From positions 2,455-66,454 of the forward strand of contig DLIO01000109.1 in the NCBI GenBank assembly GCA_002483765.1: a DNA stretch of 64,000 bases, written 5' to 3'. The notes below the pieces were generated by a model. The model made no database searches. It had not been told where the DNA came from and was given only the letters and a program-made list of their open reading frames with translations. Numbering within the stretch: the stretch's first letter is position 1; each line of letters opens with the position of its first letter. This DNA is from Lentisphaeria bacterium UBA7640. GTDB taxonomy: Bacteria > Verrucomicrobiota > Lentisphaeria > Victivallales > Victivallaceae. A program made the position numbers and the translations under genes. Below, one piece after another: positions 10,676 to 20,385 of the stretch.

Positions 10676-11227
10676 ATGAAGAATAAATTAATGTCGTCAT
10701 GTGGACTATTCGCTATCTTGTTTTTAGTTAGTGGTTGTTTTTCGGCCTTGACGCCAATCAAAATCAATTATTATGATCTAAACATGCCTGCCCCCAACCC
10801 CCTAACAGATACCCAAATTATAATTGAAAGTCTCGAAAACATGTCAGGTTCCGGCGAAAAAATGCGATACCGCACAAATAACAATCAACAATTGGTTGAC
10901 GATCAAAATAGATGGATTCAATTTCCAGATGAGATGATCGTCCGCTATCTTAACACCATACTTGGTGGCAACGCTTCGGATAAATCATTCCGAGTGAGAG
11001 GACAATTAGACGTTTTTGAAATTAATTTAACCCAAAACACCGCTTCTCTACAGTGCTCTTTCACTATTTTTGAAGCTGGAACCGAGCAGCAACAATCCAA
11101 AGTTTACCGTAAAACTCTTGAACTTAAAGAACAATCTCCACAAGCCTTTGCAGAAGCGTTCTCCAACGCTGCCGCTGGGCTATCTGACGAGATAAAAAAT
11201 CTGATTGAAAACTGGAGCAAGCGGTAG
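10676..11227 (+). CDS. Lipoprotein, possibly ABC-transport-auxiliary (PqiC/YmbA, DUF330-like)
   Basis: Signal peptide with lipobox LVSG|C, about 180 aa. The post-Cys segment ...INYYDL... resembles YmbA-family lipoproteins. The family assignment is tentative. Confidence 0.45.
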   Translation: MKNKLMSSCGLFAILFLVSGCFSALTPIKINYYDLNMPAPNPLTDTQIIIESLENMSGSGEKMRYRTNNNQQLVDDQNRWIQFPDEMIVRYLNTILGGNASDKSFRVRGQLDVFEINLTQNTASLQCSFTIFEAGTEQQQSKVYRKTLELKEQSPQAFAEAFSNAAAGLSDEIKNLIENWSKR

Positions 11228-11240
11228 TTCAAAAAGTAAG

Positions 11241-11999
11241 ATGAAACTGCTGATAATATCTCTCTGCTTGATCACGCTGGGCATACAAGCCCACGATATT
11301 CCTACGCTTCCAGAACTGCTCGAAAAAAATTATCAAGCATCGAAGCCGCTCACCGAAACCCATTCATACATTACGCGAACCGTCAATTTTGTCCCCAAAT
11401 CACCACCGTTTTATATTGATAAAATTTATAAATCAGGTGGAAAAATAAAAATCAGCACTCGTCTTCAAGATGGAACTACCACAGCGATCCTGGCCTTTAA
11501 TGGAAAAACTGCGTGGTCTCAAGATATCAATGGCCAAACTAATATCCTAGATAAATCCGAGGCTCAAAAACTACGATTTATTGCAGCCGCTAGCAATCCG
11601 AATGGAAAACTCAGCGACTACTTTGAAAAAATTGACTTGGCAGAAAAAACCGAAATCGTTGGCTCTGACGTCTGTTTTAAGTTAAATTGCATCACATTTT
11701 CTCAATACAATCAAATGCCAACGACTTATTATATTAGCACCAAAGATTTTTTAATCCGTCGCACTTATATGATCTCATTACAGCAAGGTTCAGCATTATC
11801 GATAAACTCGTTCTATTTAAATTACAAAAACTTTAACGGTCTAATATTGCCAGAGGAAACTCGTACCGACACTCCACAATCTCCAGTGGTGTCAAGGATA
11901 ATCTCAGTACAGATCAATCCTGAACTAAGGGATCAAGAGTTCGACCCGCCAACCCAAGCAAACTTGACGTCAGGAAAAAACTTTATCCAAGAACCATAA
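11241..11999 (+). CDS. Secreted hypothetical protein (LolA-like / outer-membrane lipoprotein-sorting fold suspected)
   Basis: ATG at 11241 gives the signal peptide MKLLIISLCLITLGIQA. About 250 aa with beta-rich composition. The track start at 11205 overlaps the previous gene. Confidence 0.5.
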   Translation: MKLLIISLCLITLGIQAHDIPTLPELLEKNYQASKPLTETHSYITRTVNFVPKSPPFYIDKIYKSGGKIKISTRLQDGTTTAILAFNGKTAWSQDINGQTNILDKSEAQKLRFIAAASNPNGKLSDYFEKIDLAEKTEIVGSDVCFKLNCITFSQYNQMPTTYYISTKDFLIRRTYMISLQQGSALSINSFYLNYKNFNGLILPEETRTDTPQSPVVSRIISVQINPELRDQEFDPPTQANLTSGKNFIQEP

Positions 12000-12018
12000 T
12001 TAATGTAATTATGGTTTT

Positions 12019-12049
12019 AATTCGCGCGCGCATAATGCGCGCGCGAATT
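12019..12049. repeat. CG-rich palindromic element, copy 2 (aattcgcgcgcgcatAatgcgcgcgcgaatt)
   Basis: Perfect 31-bp palindrome 20 nt downstream of the stop at 11999. Confidence 0.9.
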
Positions 12050-12163
12050 CAAGACTGTAGTTATAGAGTTTATGCCTCTCGATTACTCAATGATATACAC
12101 GAGCTGTATGGGCGATAACATGCTGTCCGACTCTCTACCCTCAGTCAATTACTCCCAATCAAT

Positions 12164-12191
12164 TTGACATTAAAAAAAAACTGTGTATGAT
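12164..12191 (+). promoter_or_regulatory. Candidate promoter upstream of methylaspartate ammonia-lyase
   Basis: TTGACA (12164-12169), 16 nt, TATGAT (12186-12191). It would give a 5' UTR of about 180 nt. Confidence 0.35.
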
Positions 12192-12378
12192 AATAATATT
12201 AAATCGGATTGGTAGAAAGTTTAAGCTCAAAACCTAAAATCAGGAGAAAGTCATAAGAAGATGAATTTTTGGTGGTGTTTTATAAAAAACCCATTAGATG
12301 CGCAAAGTGTATTTTACGTGTAAAAATAAAATTTCAAGCAAAAGAACCAATCTTTGAAAATTGGTTTGGGAGACTCAG

Positions 12379-13620
12379 ATGAAAATCAAAAAAATTCTTT
12401 ATTCGGCAGGCACTAGCGGTTTTTTCTTCGACGATCTTCGTGCCATCAAGCAAGGCCTCAGTCACGATGGGTTTATTTATAACGGCGCTCCAGTAACACC
12501 GGGATTCGACAGCGTCCGCCAAGCCGGTGAGAGTGTTTCAATTATTCTGGAACTGGAAGACGGACAATTTGCCATCGGCGATGCAGTAGCAGTACAATAT
12601 TCAGGCGCTGGCGGCCGTGATCCCTTGTTTTTGGCAGAAACTTATATCCCATTTCTCGAACAGCATGTTACACCAATCCTCCAAAACTTAGATATTGGAA
12701 GTTTCCGTGAAGCCGCCAAATCTTTAGATGAATTGAGGGTTAACGGCAAACGATTACACACCGCGTTGCGTTACGGCCTTAGCCAAGCGGTATTAGATGC
12801 AAAAGCCAAAAGTGAAAATCGCTTGATGTGCGAAGTGCTTTGCGATGAGTATTCGCTGCCGGTAATTGCGCAAGGGGTTCCGATATTCGGGCAAACCGGC
12901 GACGATCGTTATGACGGCGCAGATAAGATGATTCTCAAACAAACTGAGGTTCTACCTCACGCACTGATTAATAATGTTGATGAAAAGCTCGGACGCAAAG
13001 GGGAAAAACTTGAGGAATATTTATCTTGGTTGATCAAACGCATCGTCAAAATACGTACCAACGAGTCATATCACCCCACTTTGCACCTTGACTTATATGG
13101 CACTTTAGGCTTGATTTTTGATCAGCCCGCAAGAATAGCAGAATATCTGGCAGCCCTTGGTAAAAGAGCTGGAGAATTCCCGTTATACATTGAAGGCCCG
13201 GTTGACATGGATAGCAAAAATCAGCAGATAGATATCTTAACTCAAATCACACAACATCTGAGCAAACTCGGTTCTCCGGTTAAAATTGTCGCTGATGAAT
13301 GGTGCAATAACTACAATGACATTGTCGATTTTGCCGATGCCGCATGCTGTCACATGATCCAGATTAAAACTCCTGACCTTGGCAGTCTCCACAATGCCGT
13401 TGAAGCAGTTTTGTATTGCAAAAACAATGGGATTGAACCTTATCTGGGTGGAAGTTGTAACGAAACCGACATTTCAGTACGGGCCAGCATCCACGCAGCC
13501 CTTGCAGCACAAGCGCAACGCATCCTAGCTAGACCAGGATTAGGCTTTGACGTCGGATTTACGATTGCTCGTAATGAAATGGCGCGCGCAATCCAAATCA
13601 TAAAAATGAGACGCGGATAA
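12379..13620 (+). CDS. mal: Methylaspartate ammonia-lyase (3-methylaspartase)
   Basis: Colinear with remembered Clostridium tetanomorphum MAL: GFFFDDLRAIK, AVQYSGAGGRDPLFLAE, LHTALRYGLSQAVLDA, FGQTGDDRYD, KMILKQTEVLPHALINNVDEKLG, ADEWCN, HMIQIKTPDLGS, GGSCNET. Start at ATG 12379 with a GGGAGA RBS. Confidence 0.92.
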   Translation: MKIKKILYSAGTSGFFFDDLRAIKQGLSHDGFIYNGAPVTPGFDSVRQAGESVSIILELEDGQFAIGDAVAVQYSGAGGRDPLFLAETYIPFLEQHVTPILQNLDIGSFREAAKSLDELRVNGKRLHTALRYGLSQAVLDAKAKSENRLMCEVLCDEYSLPVIAQGVPIFGQTGDDRYDGADKMILKQTEVLPHALINNVDEKLGRKGEKLEEYLSWLIKRIVKIRTNESYHPTLHLDLYGTLGLIFDQPARIAEYLAALGKRAGEFPLYIEGPVDMDSKNQQIDILTQITQHLSKLGSPVKIVADEWCNNYNDIVDFADAACCHMIQIKTPDLGSLHNAVEAVLYCKNNGIEPYLGGSCNETDISVRASIHAALAAQAQRILARPGLGFDVGFTIARNEMARAIQIIKMRRG

Positions 13621-13792
13621 GCAAACTCAGGAAATTCCTTCTTTCATGTTTTGAACACTATTGAAGAATTAATTTTATCACTTACATTGGTATATTGTAA
13701 TTTGTCTTTTACTGCCAGAAAGGCATATTGATAACCCATGAACTTGACTGATTACAAAACTAAAATAAGTTATAAAAAACATCTTGATGACC

Positions 13793-13815
13793 GCTCGCGT
13801 ATTATGCGCGCGCAG
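13793..13815. repeat. CG-rich palindromic element, degenerate copy 3 (gctcgcgtatTatgcgcgcgcag)
   Basis: The right arm atgcgcgcgc is intact and the left arm is eroded to ctcgcgtat. Intergenic, upstream of the ROK kinase gene. Confidence 0.6.
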
Positions 13816-13851
13816 TCATTAGAACGAAATTAACAATAGAGAATCAAAATT

Positions 13852-14844
13852 ATGAAAGAAATTTTCCCTATATTAGGTTACGACGTCGGTGGAACAAAAA
13901 TCGCTTCTTCTTTGATGATGAGCGATGGTAAAGTTATCGCATCGGAACGTTTTGACAACAAAGACACTGACCCGAATGAAATGCTGCCCAAACTGGTGGC
14001 GGCTGGCAAAACCATGCTGCACGCCGCTAATATCCCACATACAGCAGTTCGTGGAATTGGAATCTCTACTCCAAGTCCTGCCGATATTCCAAATGGAATT
14101 ATCGTCGGACCACCAAATAATCCAAAATGGCGCAATGTCAAAATTGGCAGTTTCCTCTCCAATGCACTCGGAATCGAAGCCACAATGGAAAATGACGCCA
14201 ATGCGGGAATGCTGGCGGAATGGTTCTTCGGCGCAGGCAAAGGCTGTCGCAATGCTATTTATCTCACGATGAGCACTGGCATTGGAGGCGGAATTATCGC
14301 GAGTGGGCGTTTATTGCAAGGCAAGAGTTTTTATGCTGGTGAGATTGGGCACATTGTTATTGATCGCGACGGACCACTCTGCAACTGTGGATTGCGTGGT
14401 TGCTATGAGGCATTTTGCGGTGGCCGTGCGGTCGCTCAACGCTTACAATGCGAATTAGCAACAAAAACAGATCACGCTATTGTTCAAGCAGCCGGTGGAA
14501 AAGTAGAAGATATTGACTTTGTTGCGCTCGAAAAAGCCGTTATCGCTGGCGATGAATACGCGTTAAAAATCTGGGATGAAATTGCGCTACGCAATGCCCA
14601 AGGTATCGGCATTTTGATTAATATTTTCAACCCTGAAAAAGTCATCCTCGGTACCATTGCTTGGGCGGCGGGTGAACTATTCACCAAGCCTGTAAAGGCG
14701 TATTTACCACGTTTTTGCTGGCCAGAAATGCTAGATGGCTGTGAAATTACCACTAGCGCGTTACGTCGTGATATCGGCGCGTACGCTGGGCCTGCGATCG
14801 TTTTAAACCACCTTTACAACCAAGGCCTTTACAATCCGTTTTAA
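13852..14844 (+). CDS. ROK-family sugar kinase (glucokinase / N-acetylhexosamine kinase-like)
   Basis: ATP-binding start LGYDVGGTKIA, ROK signature region, and the zinc motif GHIVIDRDGPLCNCGLRGCYEAFCGG. No N-terminal HTH domain. Confidence 0.85.
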   Translation: MKEIFPILGYDVGGTKIASSLMMSDGKVIASERFDNKDTDPNEMLPKLVAAGKTMLHAANIPHTAVRGIGISTPSPADIPNGIIVGPPNNPKWRNVKIGSFLSNALGIEATMENDANAGMLAEWFFGAGKGCRNAIYLTMSTGIGGGIIASGRLLQGKSFYAGEIGHIVIDRDGPLCNCGLRGCYEAFCGGRAVAQRLQCELATKTDHAIVQAAGGKVEDIDFVALEKAVIAGDEYALKIWDEIALRNAQGIGILINIFNPEKVILGTIAWAAGELFTKPVKAYLPRFCWPEMLDGCEITTSALRRDIGAYAGPAIVLNHLYNQGLYNPF

Positions 14845-15079
14845 TAAACAAGTCAGATTCAAGTATTAAAAATAAAAGTCCAAGTTCTCTCTGGAACATA
14901 GATCTCGCCGTGGCGATCATAGTTCTAACCTTTCAAGCATTAATTGTTTAGAAATAGTTGGAATCTCTTTAATATGTTGCGAATAACACCATTTGCTCCT
15001 TGACAAATTTTTTTTGTTCGTTATTTTTAAGTATATTTTAAAACAATGCCAGAATTCCGTTATACTCAAGGATGGCTTT

Positions 15080-18000
15080 ATGAAAGAACCAAATGGCACT
15101 GATCCGGAAGTTCGCGAGCGAAGTCGCGTTAGGAGTGGAATAAAAGGTGTATCACTCATTATCGTTGTTGCTGTAGTCGCGATATTAATTGCTGGATTTT
15201 CTTATGTTTGGTGGGTGGTTGATTCAACCGAGCATGAAATGCGGGAAGACCTGCTCACACGGACAACTCTGATTGCAAAAGCTCTAAACTCAGATATAGT
15301 TAAGTCGTTTTCAGGCTCAGAACATGACTTGGAAAACCCTGAATACCACCGCCTCAAAGAACAGCTCAGCATTTTAAAACAAGCTAATAAGGATATTCGC
15401 TTTGTTTATCTCATAGGTCGTAAGCCTGACGGGAAAATATTTTTCTTTATTGATAGTGAACCGGCCGATTCTCCAGACTATTCCGCGCCAGGACATCTTT
15501 ATATCGGAGCATCTGCAGCGCTAAAGGATGCTCTCAAGAATTGGCGTAATGTAGTCATTAGCCCGGAAAACGACCAATGGGGTAGCTATTTGTCAGGAAT
15601 CGCTCCAGTCCGGGATTTACTGACGGGCGAACCGATCGCAGCGTTGGGAGTCGACATTAGCGTTCCCAATTGGAACGATAAATTGATCATCGCGGCATTA
15701 CCTGGCGCAATTACCACAATTCTGTTAATTGTGGTTGTGTTCATCTATACCCTCCTTTTTAGACGCCGCAATCGCTTAAAAAGTGGATCAGCAAACTGGT
15801 TGAATTATCTTGAACCTACGCTCGCCGCCGTATTAGGGATTATTCTTTCGTTATTTATTGCATGGAGTATACAAGAAGATGAGCATGACCAATGGCACGA
15901 CCTGTTTTCACAAATGGCTTCGGGTGCTTCAGAATTAGTGACGAACATCATCGATACTTTACAGTTCAAAGAGCTCGAAGGATTAGCTGGACTATTTGAA
16001 TCCAGCGAAGATGTGACCAAGGAGGAATTTGAAACTTTTTCACGCTATTTAATGAAAAATTCAGTGATAAAAATGTGGGGATGGGCTGAAGCGGTTCCAG
16101 AGAGTGAAAAAGCCAATTTTGAGAAAAAAATATTACAACAAGCAAGTAAATCCGCTATATGGCATGCCGATAGCAAAGGGGCAAGCACCAAGGTTCCTCC
16201 TCAAAACATCTATTATCCTGTACTTTTCTTGGTCAACAATGATGATAACAACTATGCGGTCGGACTCGAACTCGGCCAAGATGCACAACGCCGTGCCGCG
16301 ATTGAAATTGCGACAAAAACGCGACTGCCGACTGCGACTGGAGTCGTCACGCTGATTCTTGATTCGAAAGGCAATAATGGTATATCGATTATCCGTCCGG
16401 TATTTGACTCGAAAAATAAAACCCAGCTGCGCGGCTTCGTTTTGGCTGCGGTCAGGCTCAATGAATTGTTGGGATATGATCGACGAAAGTATAATATGCT
16501 AAAAATGACAGTTTCACTTTTGCATGATAATGCTCCGCCAGAGGTTTTGATTAGTTTTGGAGAAAGATCAAAAAAATGTCAATACAGCGTTCTAACGCGA
16601 CCAATCTTTGCCTTTGGAAAAGTCTTTACTGTAACGGTGCACCCTGGTTCAACATTCATGAAAGCTTACCCGGCATGGAAAGGCTTTATCGCATTCTTGT
16701 TCGGCTTATTATTAACCTCTGCTATCGTAATAATTGTGATTTTGACTGCCAAAAGACGTGCGACCTTAGAAAATTTGGTCAGTGACCGTACCGCAAAACT
16801 TGGTGAAAGTGAAAAACGTTTTAACCTGCTAGGAGAGCACAGCCGCACCGTATTTTGGGAATGTGATAATGAGGGGATTTATACCTATACCAGTCCAGCG
16901 ATCAAGAATGTTTTTGGTTATGACCCAGATGAGTTGGTTGGGCAAAAAAAAATCTATGATATCTGTTCGGAAACTGAGAAGGAAAACTTAAAAAAACAGG
17001 TGACTCTATTACTCAAAAAAGGAGAACCTGTTAATAATTTCATTAGTCCTTTTAAAACTAAAAACGGAAAAGATGTTATTGTCTTGAGCCATGCAATACC
17101 GCTGTTTGATGCTGAAGATAACTTCGCCGGATTTAGCGGTTCCAGCTATGATGTTACCGAGCGGGAACAGCTGGACGCCGAGCTAAAAAGAAGTCAAGCG
17201 GCAGCTGAGGATGCTAATCACGCAAAAAGTGAATTCCTGGCCAATATGAGTCATGAAATCAGAACCCCAATCAATGGCGTCATTGGGGCTGCCAATTTGC
17301 TGGGCGAAACCGAACTCAAAGATGAACAGCAAGAATATGTAGACATCATCAATTCTAGTGGTAAACTACTTTTGGGAGTGGTTAATGGATTATTGGATTT
17401 TTCACAAATTGAAGCTGGAAAAATCAAACTCTTCAATGCGGAATTCAACCTCAGAAGCATGCTGCACAACCTTGCCTGTAATTTATCAATAGCAGCCCAT
17501 GATAAAAATATTGAATTGATCTGCTCTGTGCCGCCCAATGCTCCAGTTCTGCTTTATGGTGACGAACTTCGTCTCCAGCAAATAATTATCAATCTCGCCA
17601 GCAATGCGATAAAATTTACCGATACTGGAGAAGTTGTCGTAAAAACCGAAGTCGAAAACGACACTGCTGAAATCGTATCATTCCGCTTTTCTGTACGCGA
17701 TACTGGCATCGGAATCGCCAAAGACCAACAAGAGATGCTGTGTACTGCGTTTTTCCAGGCAGATTCTTCGCCCAAACGCCGCCATGGCGGTACTGGGCTT
17801 GGCTTATCCATTTCGAAGCGCTTGATTGAACTTATGGGCGGGAAACTGGACTTCTCCAGTGAACTTGGTCACGGCTCGGAATTTTTCTTTACCTTGTCCT
17901 TTCGCAAGCAGCCAGATTCTCACGAAGAGGGGTTGCTTGTTCCTCCAGAATTATTGCACGCGAAGGCCTTAGTGATTGACCACAATGAAACCATACTGAA

Positions 18001-18814
18001 AGAATTGATGGAAAGGTTAGCCCTCAGATCATTACGTCCAATCGGCGTCACAGACATTCCAGCTGCTGAAAAACTTATTAAGCAGGCACAAGAAGATAGA
18101 GATCCGTTTAAGCTCATTCTGGTTGATATGCACTTGACTGGTCTTGGCAAAGATGCCAATCCGCTCGCCGAACTTGCAAAATCTGGCGTGTGTATGGTCG
18201 CGCTTTTGCCATTCGGCGAATTATTCAAAGCAGATGAACTGAAAGCCAATGGATTTACGGCGGTGTTAACTAAACCATTCAGAAGAAAGGATTTCTGGAA
18301 AATCTTACAAGCGGCGGTGAGTGAAAAAGCCCCAGAAACAGGACCTGCTACGCCAAAAACAATTGCGGACTTGCAATCTGTTCTAAAAGATACCAATGAT
18401 AAAACATCAACAAACCCAATAGTTAAAAATGCAGAGATTCTGCTCGTAGAAGATAATTTGATCAACCAAAAAATAGTATTGGCAATACTTAAAAAAATGG
18501 ACATACAGGCGGATATTGCCGTAAATGGAAAAATCGCTCTGGATATGTTGTCCCAAAAAACCTACCGTTTAGTGTTGATGGATATCCAAATGCCAGTTAT
18601 GGACGGTTTCGAGGCAACGGAAAAAATCCGTGATCCAAACACGCCGGTAAAAGATCATCAGATCCCAATTATCGCCATGACTGCCCATGCCATAGACGGT
18701 TATCGTGATAGTTGCATTAAAGCCGGAATGAATGATTATATCGCGAAACCGGTTACCCCGCAACAAATGCGCGAAAAGCTAGAGTTATGGCTAAGAAAAG
18801 ATCTAGAAACATAA
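15080..18814 (+). CDS. Hybrid sensor histidine kinase / response regulator with two extracytoplasmic sensor modules
   Basis: Order read from the sequence: TM, Cache/PDC-like domain, TM, TM, CHASE-like domain (WGWAEAVPESEKANFEKK...), TM, PAS, HisKA H-box SHEIRTPINGV, HATPase N/G1/G2 boxes (NLASNAIKFT, DTGIGI, GGTGLGLSI), an atypical receiver, then a canonical receiver (ILLVEDN...LVLMDIQMPVMDG...AMTAHA...YIAKP). Start taken as ATG 15080. Confidence 0.9.
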   Translation: MKEPNGTDPEVRERSRVRSGIKGVSLIIVVAVVAILIAGFSYVWWVVDSTEHEMREDLLTRTTLIAKALNSDIVKSFSGSEHDLENPEYHRLKEQLSILKQANKDIRFVYLIGRKPDGKIFFFIDSEPADSPDYSAPGHLYIGASAALKDALKNWRNVVISPENDQWGSYLSGIAPVRDLLTGEPIAALGVDISVPNWNDKLIIAALPGAITTILLIVVVFIYTLLFRRRNRLKSGSANWLNYLEPTLAAVLGIILSLFIAWSIQEDEHDQWHDLFSQMASGASELVTNIIDTLQFKELEGLAGLFESSEDVTKEEFETFSRYLMKNSVIKMWGWAEAVPESEKANFEKKILQQASKSAIWHADSKGASTKVPPQNIYYPVLFLVNNDDNNYAVGLELGQDAQRRAAIEIATKTRLPTATGVVTLILDSKGNNGISIIRPVFDSKNKTQLRGFVLAAVRLNELLGYDRRKYNMLKMTVSLLHDNAPPEVLISFGERSKKCQYSVLTRPIFAFGKVFTVTVHPGSTFMKAYPAWKGFIAFLFGLLLTSAIVIIVILTAKRRATLENLVSDRTAKLGESEKRFNLLGEHSRTVFWECDNEGIYTYTSPAIKNVFGYDPDELVGQKKIYDICSETEKENLKKQVTLLLKKGEPVNNFISPFKTKNGKDVIVLSHAIPLFDAEDNFAGFSGSSYDVTEREQLDAELKRSQAAAEDANHAKSEFLANMSHEIRTPINGVIGAANLLGETELKDEQQEYVDIINSSGKLLLGVVNGLLDFSQIEAGKIKLFNAEFNLRSMLHNLACNLSIAAHDKNIELICSVPPNAPVLLYGDELRLQQIIINLASNAIKFTDTGEVVVKTEVENDTAEIVSFRFSVRDTGIGIAKDQQEMLCTAFFQADSSPKRRHGGTGLGLSISKRLIELMGGKLDFSSELGHGSEFFFTLSFRKQPDSHEEGLLVPPELLHAKALVIDHNETILKELMERLALRSLRPIGVTDIPAAEKLIKQAQEDRDPFKLILVDMHLTGLGKDANPLAELAKSGVCMVALLPFGELFKADELKANGFTAVLTKPFRRKDFWKILQAAVSEKAPETGPATPKTIADLQSVLKDTNDKTSTNPIVKNAEILLVEDNLINQKIVLAILKKMDIQADIAVNGKIALDMLSQKTYRLVLMDIQMPVMDGFEATEKIRDPNTPVKDHQIPIIAMTAHAIDGYRDSCIKAGMNDYIAKPVTPQQMREKLELWLRKDLET

Positions 18815-18873
18815 CCAAATAAAGTTTTCCAAGATATAACATCACTACAGTCTGTGTCCGTAACTGCTGTCTT

Positions 18874-18906
18874 TAATTCGCGCGCGCATTATGCGCGCGC
18901 GAATTA
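18874..18906. repeat. CG-rich palindromic element, copy 4 (taattcgcgcgcgcatTatgcgcgcgcgaatta)
   Basis: Perfect 33-bp palindrome between the convergent kinase gene (+) and gcvPB (-). Confidence 0.9.
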
Positions 18907-18936
18907 CGAACTTGAATTACATTGTTTTCCGAGTTG

Positions 18937-20385
18937 CTATTTTGCGGCCAAATCAGGTTTTCTAGCGGCTTGAGTTTCATCCATACGCCTGACTGGCATA
19001 GTTATTGGCGCATCTTGCAGTGATACCGGATCGGTTTCCGCTAATTCTGCAATCTCAATCATCGCATCAACAAATTCATCCATTGTCTCTTTTGACTCGG
19101 TTTCGGTCGGCTCAATCATCAGCGCTTCAGGAATGATTAGCGGGAAATAGATAGTTGGAGGATGAATCCCACGATCAATTAATGCTTTGGCTATATCGAG
19201 CGCGTGAACACCATTAACGACTTGACGCGTTGCCGAAAATACACATTCGTGCATACACATCCGCGTGATTTTCTGGTCATAGTAAGGCGCCAGTTTGACA
19301 CGCAAATAATTGGCGTTTAGAACGGCGTTTTCGCTGACTCGGATCATCCCAACACGCCCGAGCATCAGCATATAGGCGCAACTGCGTATCAAGACGCCAA
19401 AATTACCGTAAAAAGGTGCCATTTTGCCGATAGATTGTGGGTGATTGCTTTCTAAAGTATAACTGCCATCAGTTCCTTGGACAACTCGCGGAACTGGTAA
19501 AAATGCTCGGAGTCTTTCAACGACGCCGACTGGACCGGCACCAGGACCGCCACCGCCATGCGGAGTAGAAAAAGTTTTATGCACATTGACATGCATTACA
19601 TCAAATCCAAGATCGCCGGGGCGCACGCGTCCGATAATAGCGTTGGCATTGGCGCCATCGCAATAACACAAACCACCAGCATCGTGAACCATAGCACAAA
19701 TTTTTTCGACGTTACGATCAAACATTCCAACCGTATTCGGGCAAGTCAGCATCAAACCCGCGACGTCATCGCCAAGTTTAGCCGCGAGATCGTCTAAGTC
19801 GACATTTCCTTCACTATCGGAAGCAACTTCGCGACAGGTAAAACCTGCTTGAATGGCGCTAGCTGGATTAGTACCATGGGCGGCGTCAGGAATCAGCATA
19901 ACAGTACGCTGAGTTTCGCCACGCGCTTTAAAATAAGCAGCGATCAGCATAACACCAGTAAATTCGCCGTTCGCTCCTGCCATCGGCTGCAAAGTAGTTT
20001 CTGCGAAGCCTAACAGCTCACTCAGAAAGCGTTCCTGCCGATATAGTGTTTCCAGCGTACCTTGGGAGAGTTTTTCACCACCCGGCAGTTGCCCTAACCA
20101 CGGATGTTGGTCAGTAAAACCCGCCATACGTGCGATAGTTTCATGCGATTTTGGATTGTACTTCATCGTACAAGAACCAAGCGGGTAAAAATGGGAATCA
20201 ACGCCGAAGTTCTTACGACTTAAATTGGTAAAATGCCGGACCGCGTCCAGTTCTGTTACTTCAGGTAACTGGGCAGAAATAGTACGGCGCATTTCGTCGG
20301 GAATTGCCGAAGCCATCGGCACATCACATATTGGCGCTCGATAAGCTCGGCGTCCGTCACGGCCTTTATCAAAAATCAGTTTCAT
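18937..20385 (-). CDS. gcvPB: Glycine dehydrogenase (aminomethyl-transferring) subunit 2
   Basis: 482 aa. PLP-lysine region HVNVHKTFSTPHGGGGPGAGPVGV, and pairing with gcvPA by a 4-nt overlap. Confidence 0.93.
   Translation of the reverse strand: MKLIFDKGRDGRRAYRAPICDVPMASAIPDEMRRTISAQLPEVTELDAVRHFTNLSRKNFGVDSHFYPLGSCTMKYNPKSHETIARMAGFTDQHPWLGQLPGGEKLSQGTLETLYRQERFLSELLGFAETTLQPMAGANGEFTGVMLIAAYFKARGETQRTVMLIPDAAHGTNPASAIQAGFTCREVASDSEGNVDLDDLAAKLGDDVAGLMLTCPNTVGMFDRNVEKICAMVHDAGGLCYCDGANANAIIGRVRPGDLGFDVMHVNVHKTFSTPHGGGGPGAGPVGVVERLRAFLPVPRVVQGTDGSYTLESNHPQSIGKMAPFYGNFGVLIRSCAYMLMLGRVGMIRVSENAVLNANYLRVKLAPYYDQKITRMCMHECVFSATRQVVNGVHALDIAKALIDRGIHPPTIYFPLIIPEALMIEPTETESKETMDEFVDAMIEIAELAETDPVSLQDAPITMPVRRMDETQAARKPDLAAK

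Noticed and set aside
12261-12323. 20-aa upstream ORF (MNFWWCFIKNPLDAQSVFYV) with tandem Trp codons in the mal leader, considered as an attenuation peptide
   Set aside because: The nearest SD-like GGAG is about 16 nt from the ATG. There are no alternative terminator or antiterminator hairpins, and no link between Trp and methylaspartate metabolism.
13738-13833. 31-aa ORF reading through the degenerate palindrome copy (…DDRSRIMRAQSLERN)
   Set aside because: No RBS. The coding potential is most simply explained by chance across an eroded repeat.
14993-15079. Upstream extension of the histidine kinase ORF (non-ATG start)
   Set aside because: The extension is low-complexity and AT-rich with no RBS. 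ATG 15080 precedes the first TM helix at a sensible distance.
17920-18504. 194-aa antisense ORF inside the histidine kinase gene
   Set aside because: Shadow ORF opposite a well-supported gene, with Ser/Leu-rich low-complexity translation and no motifs.
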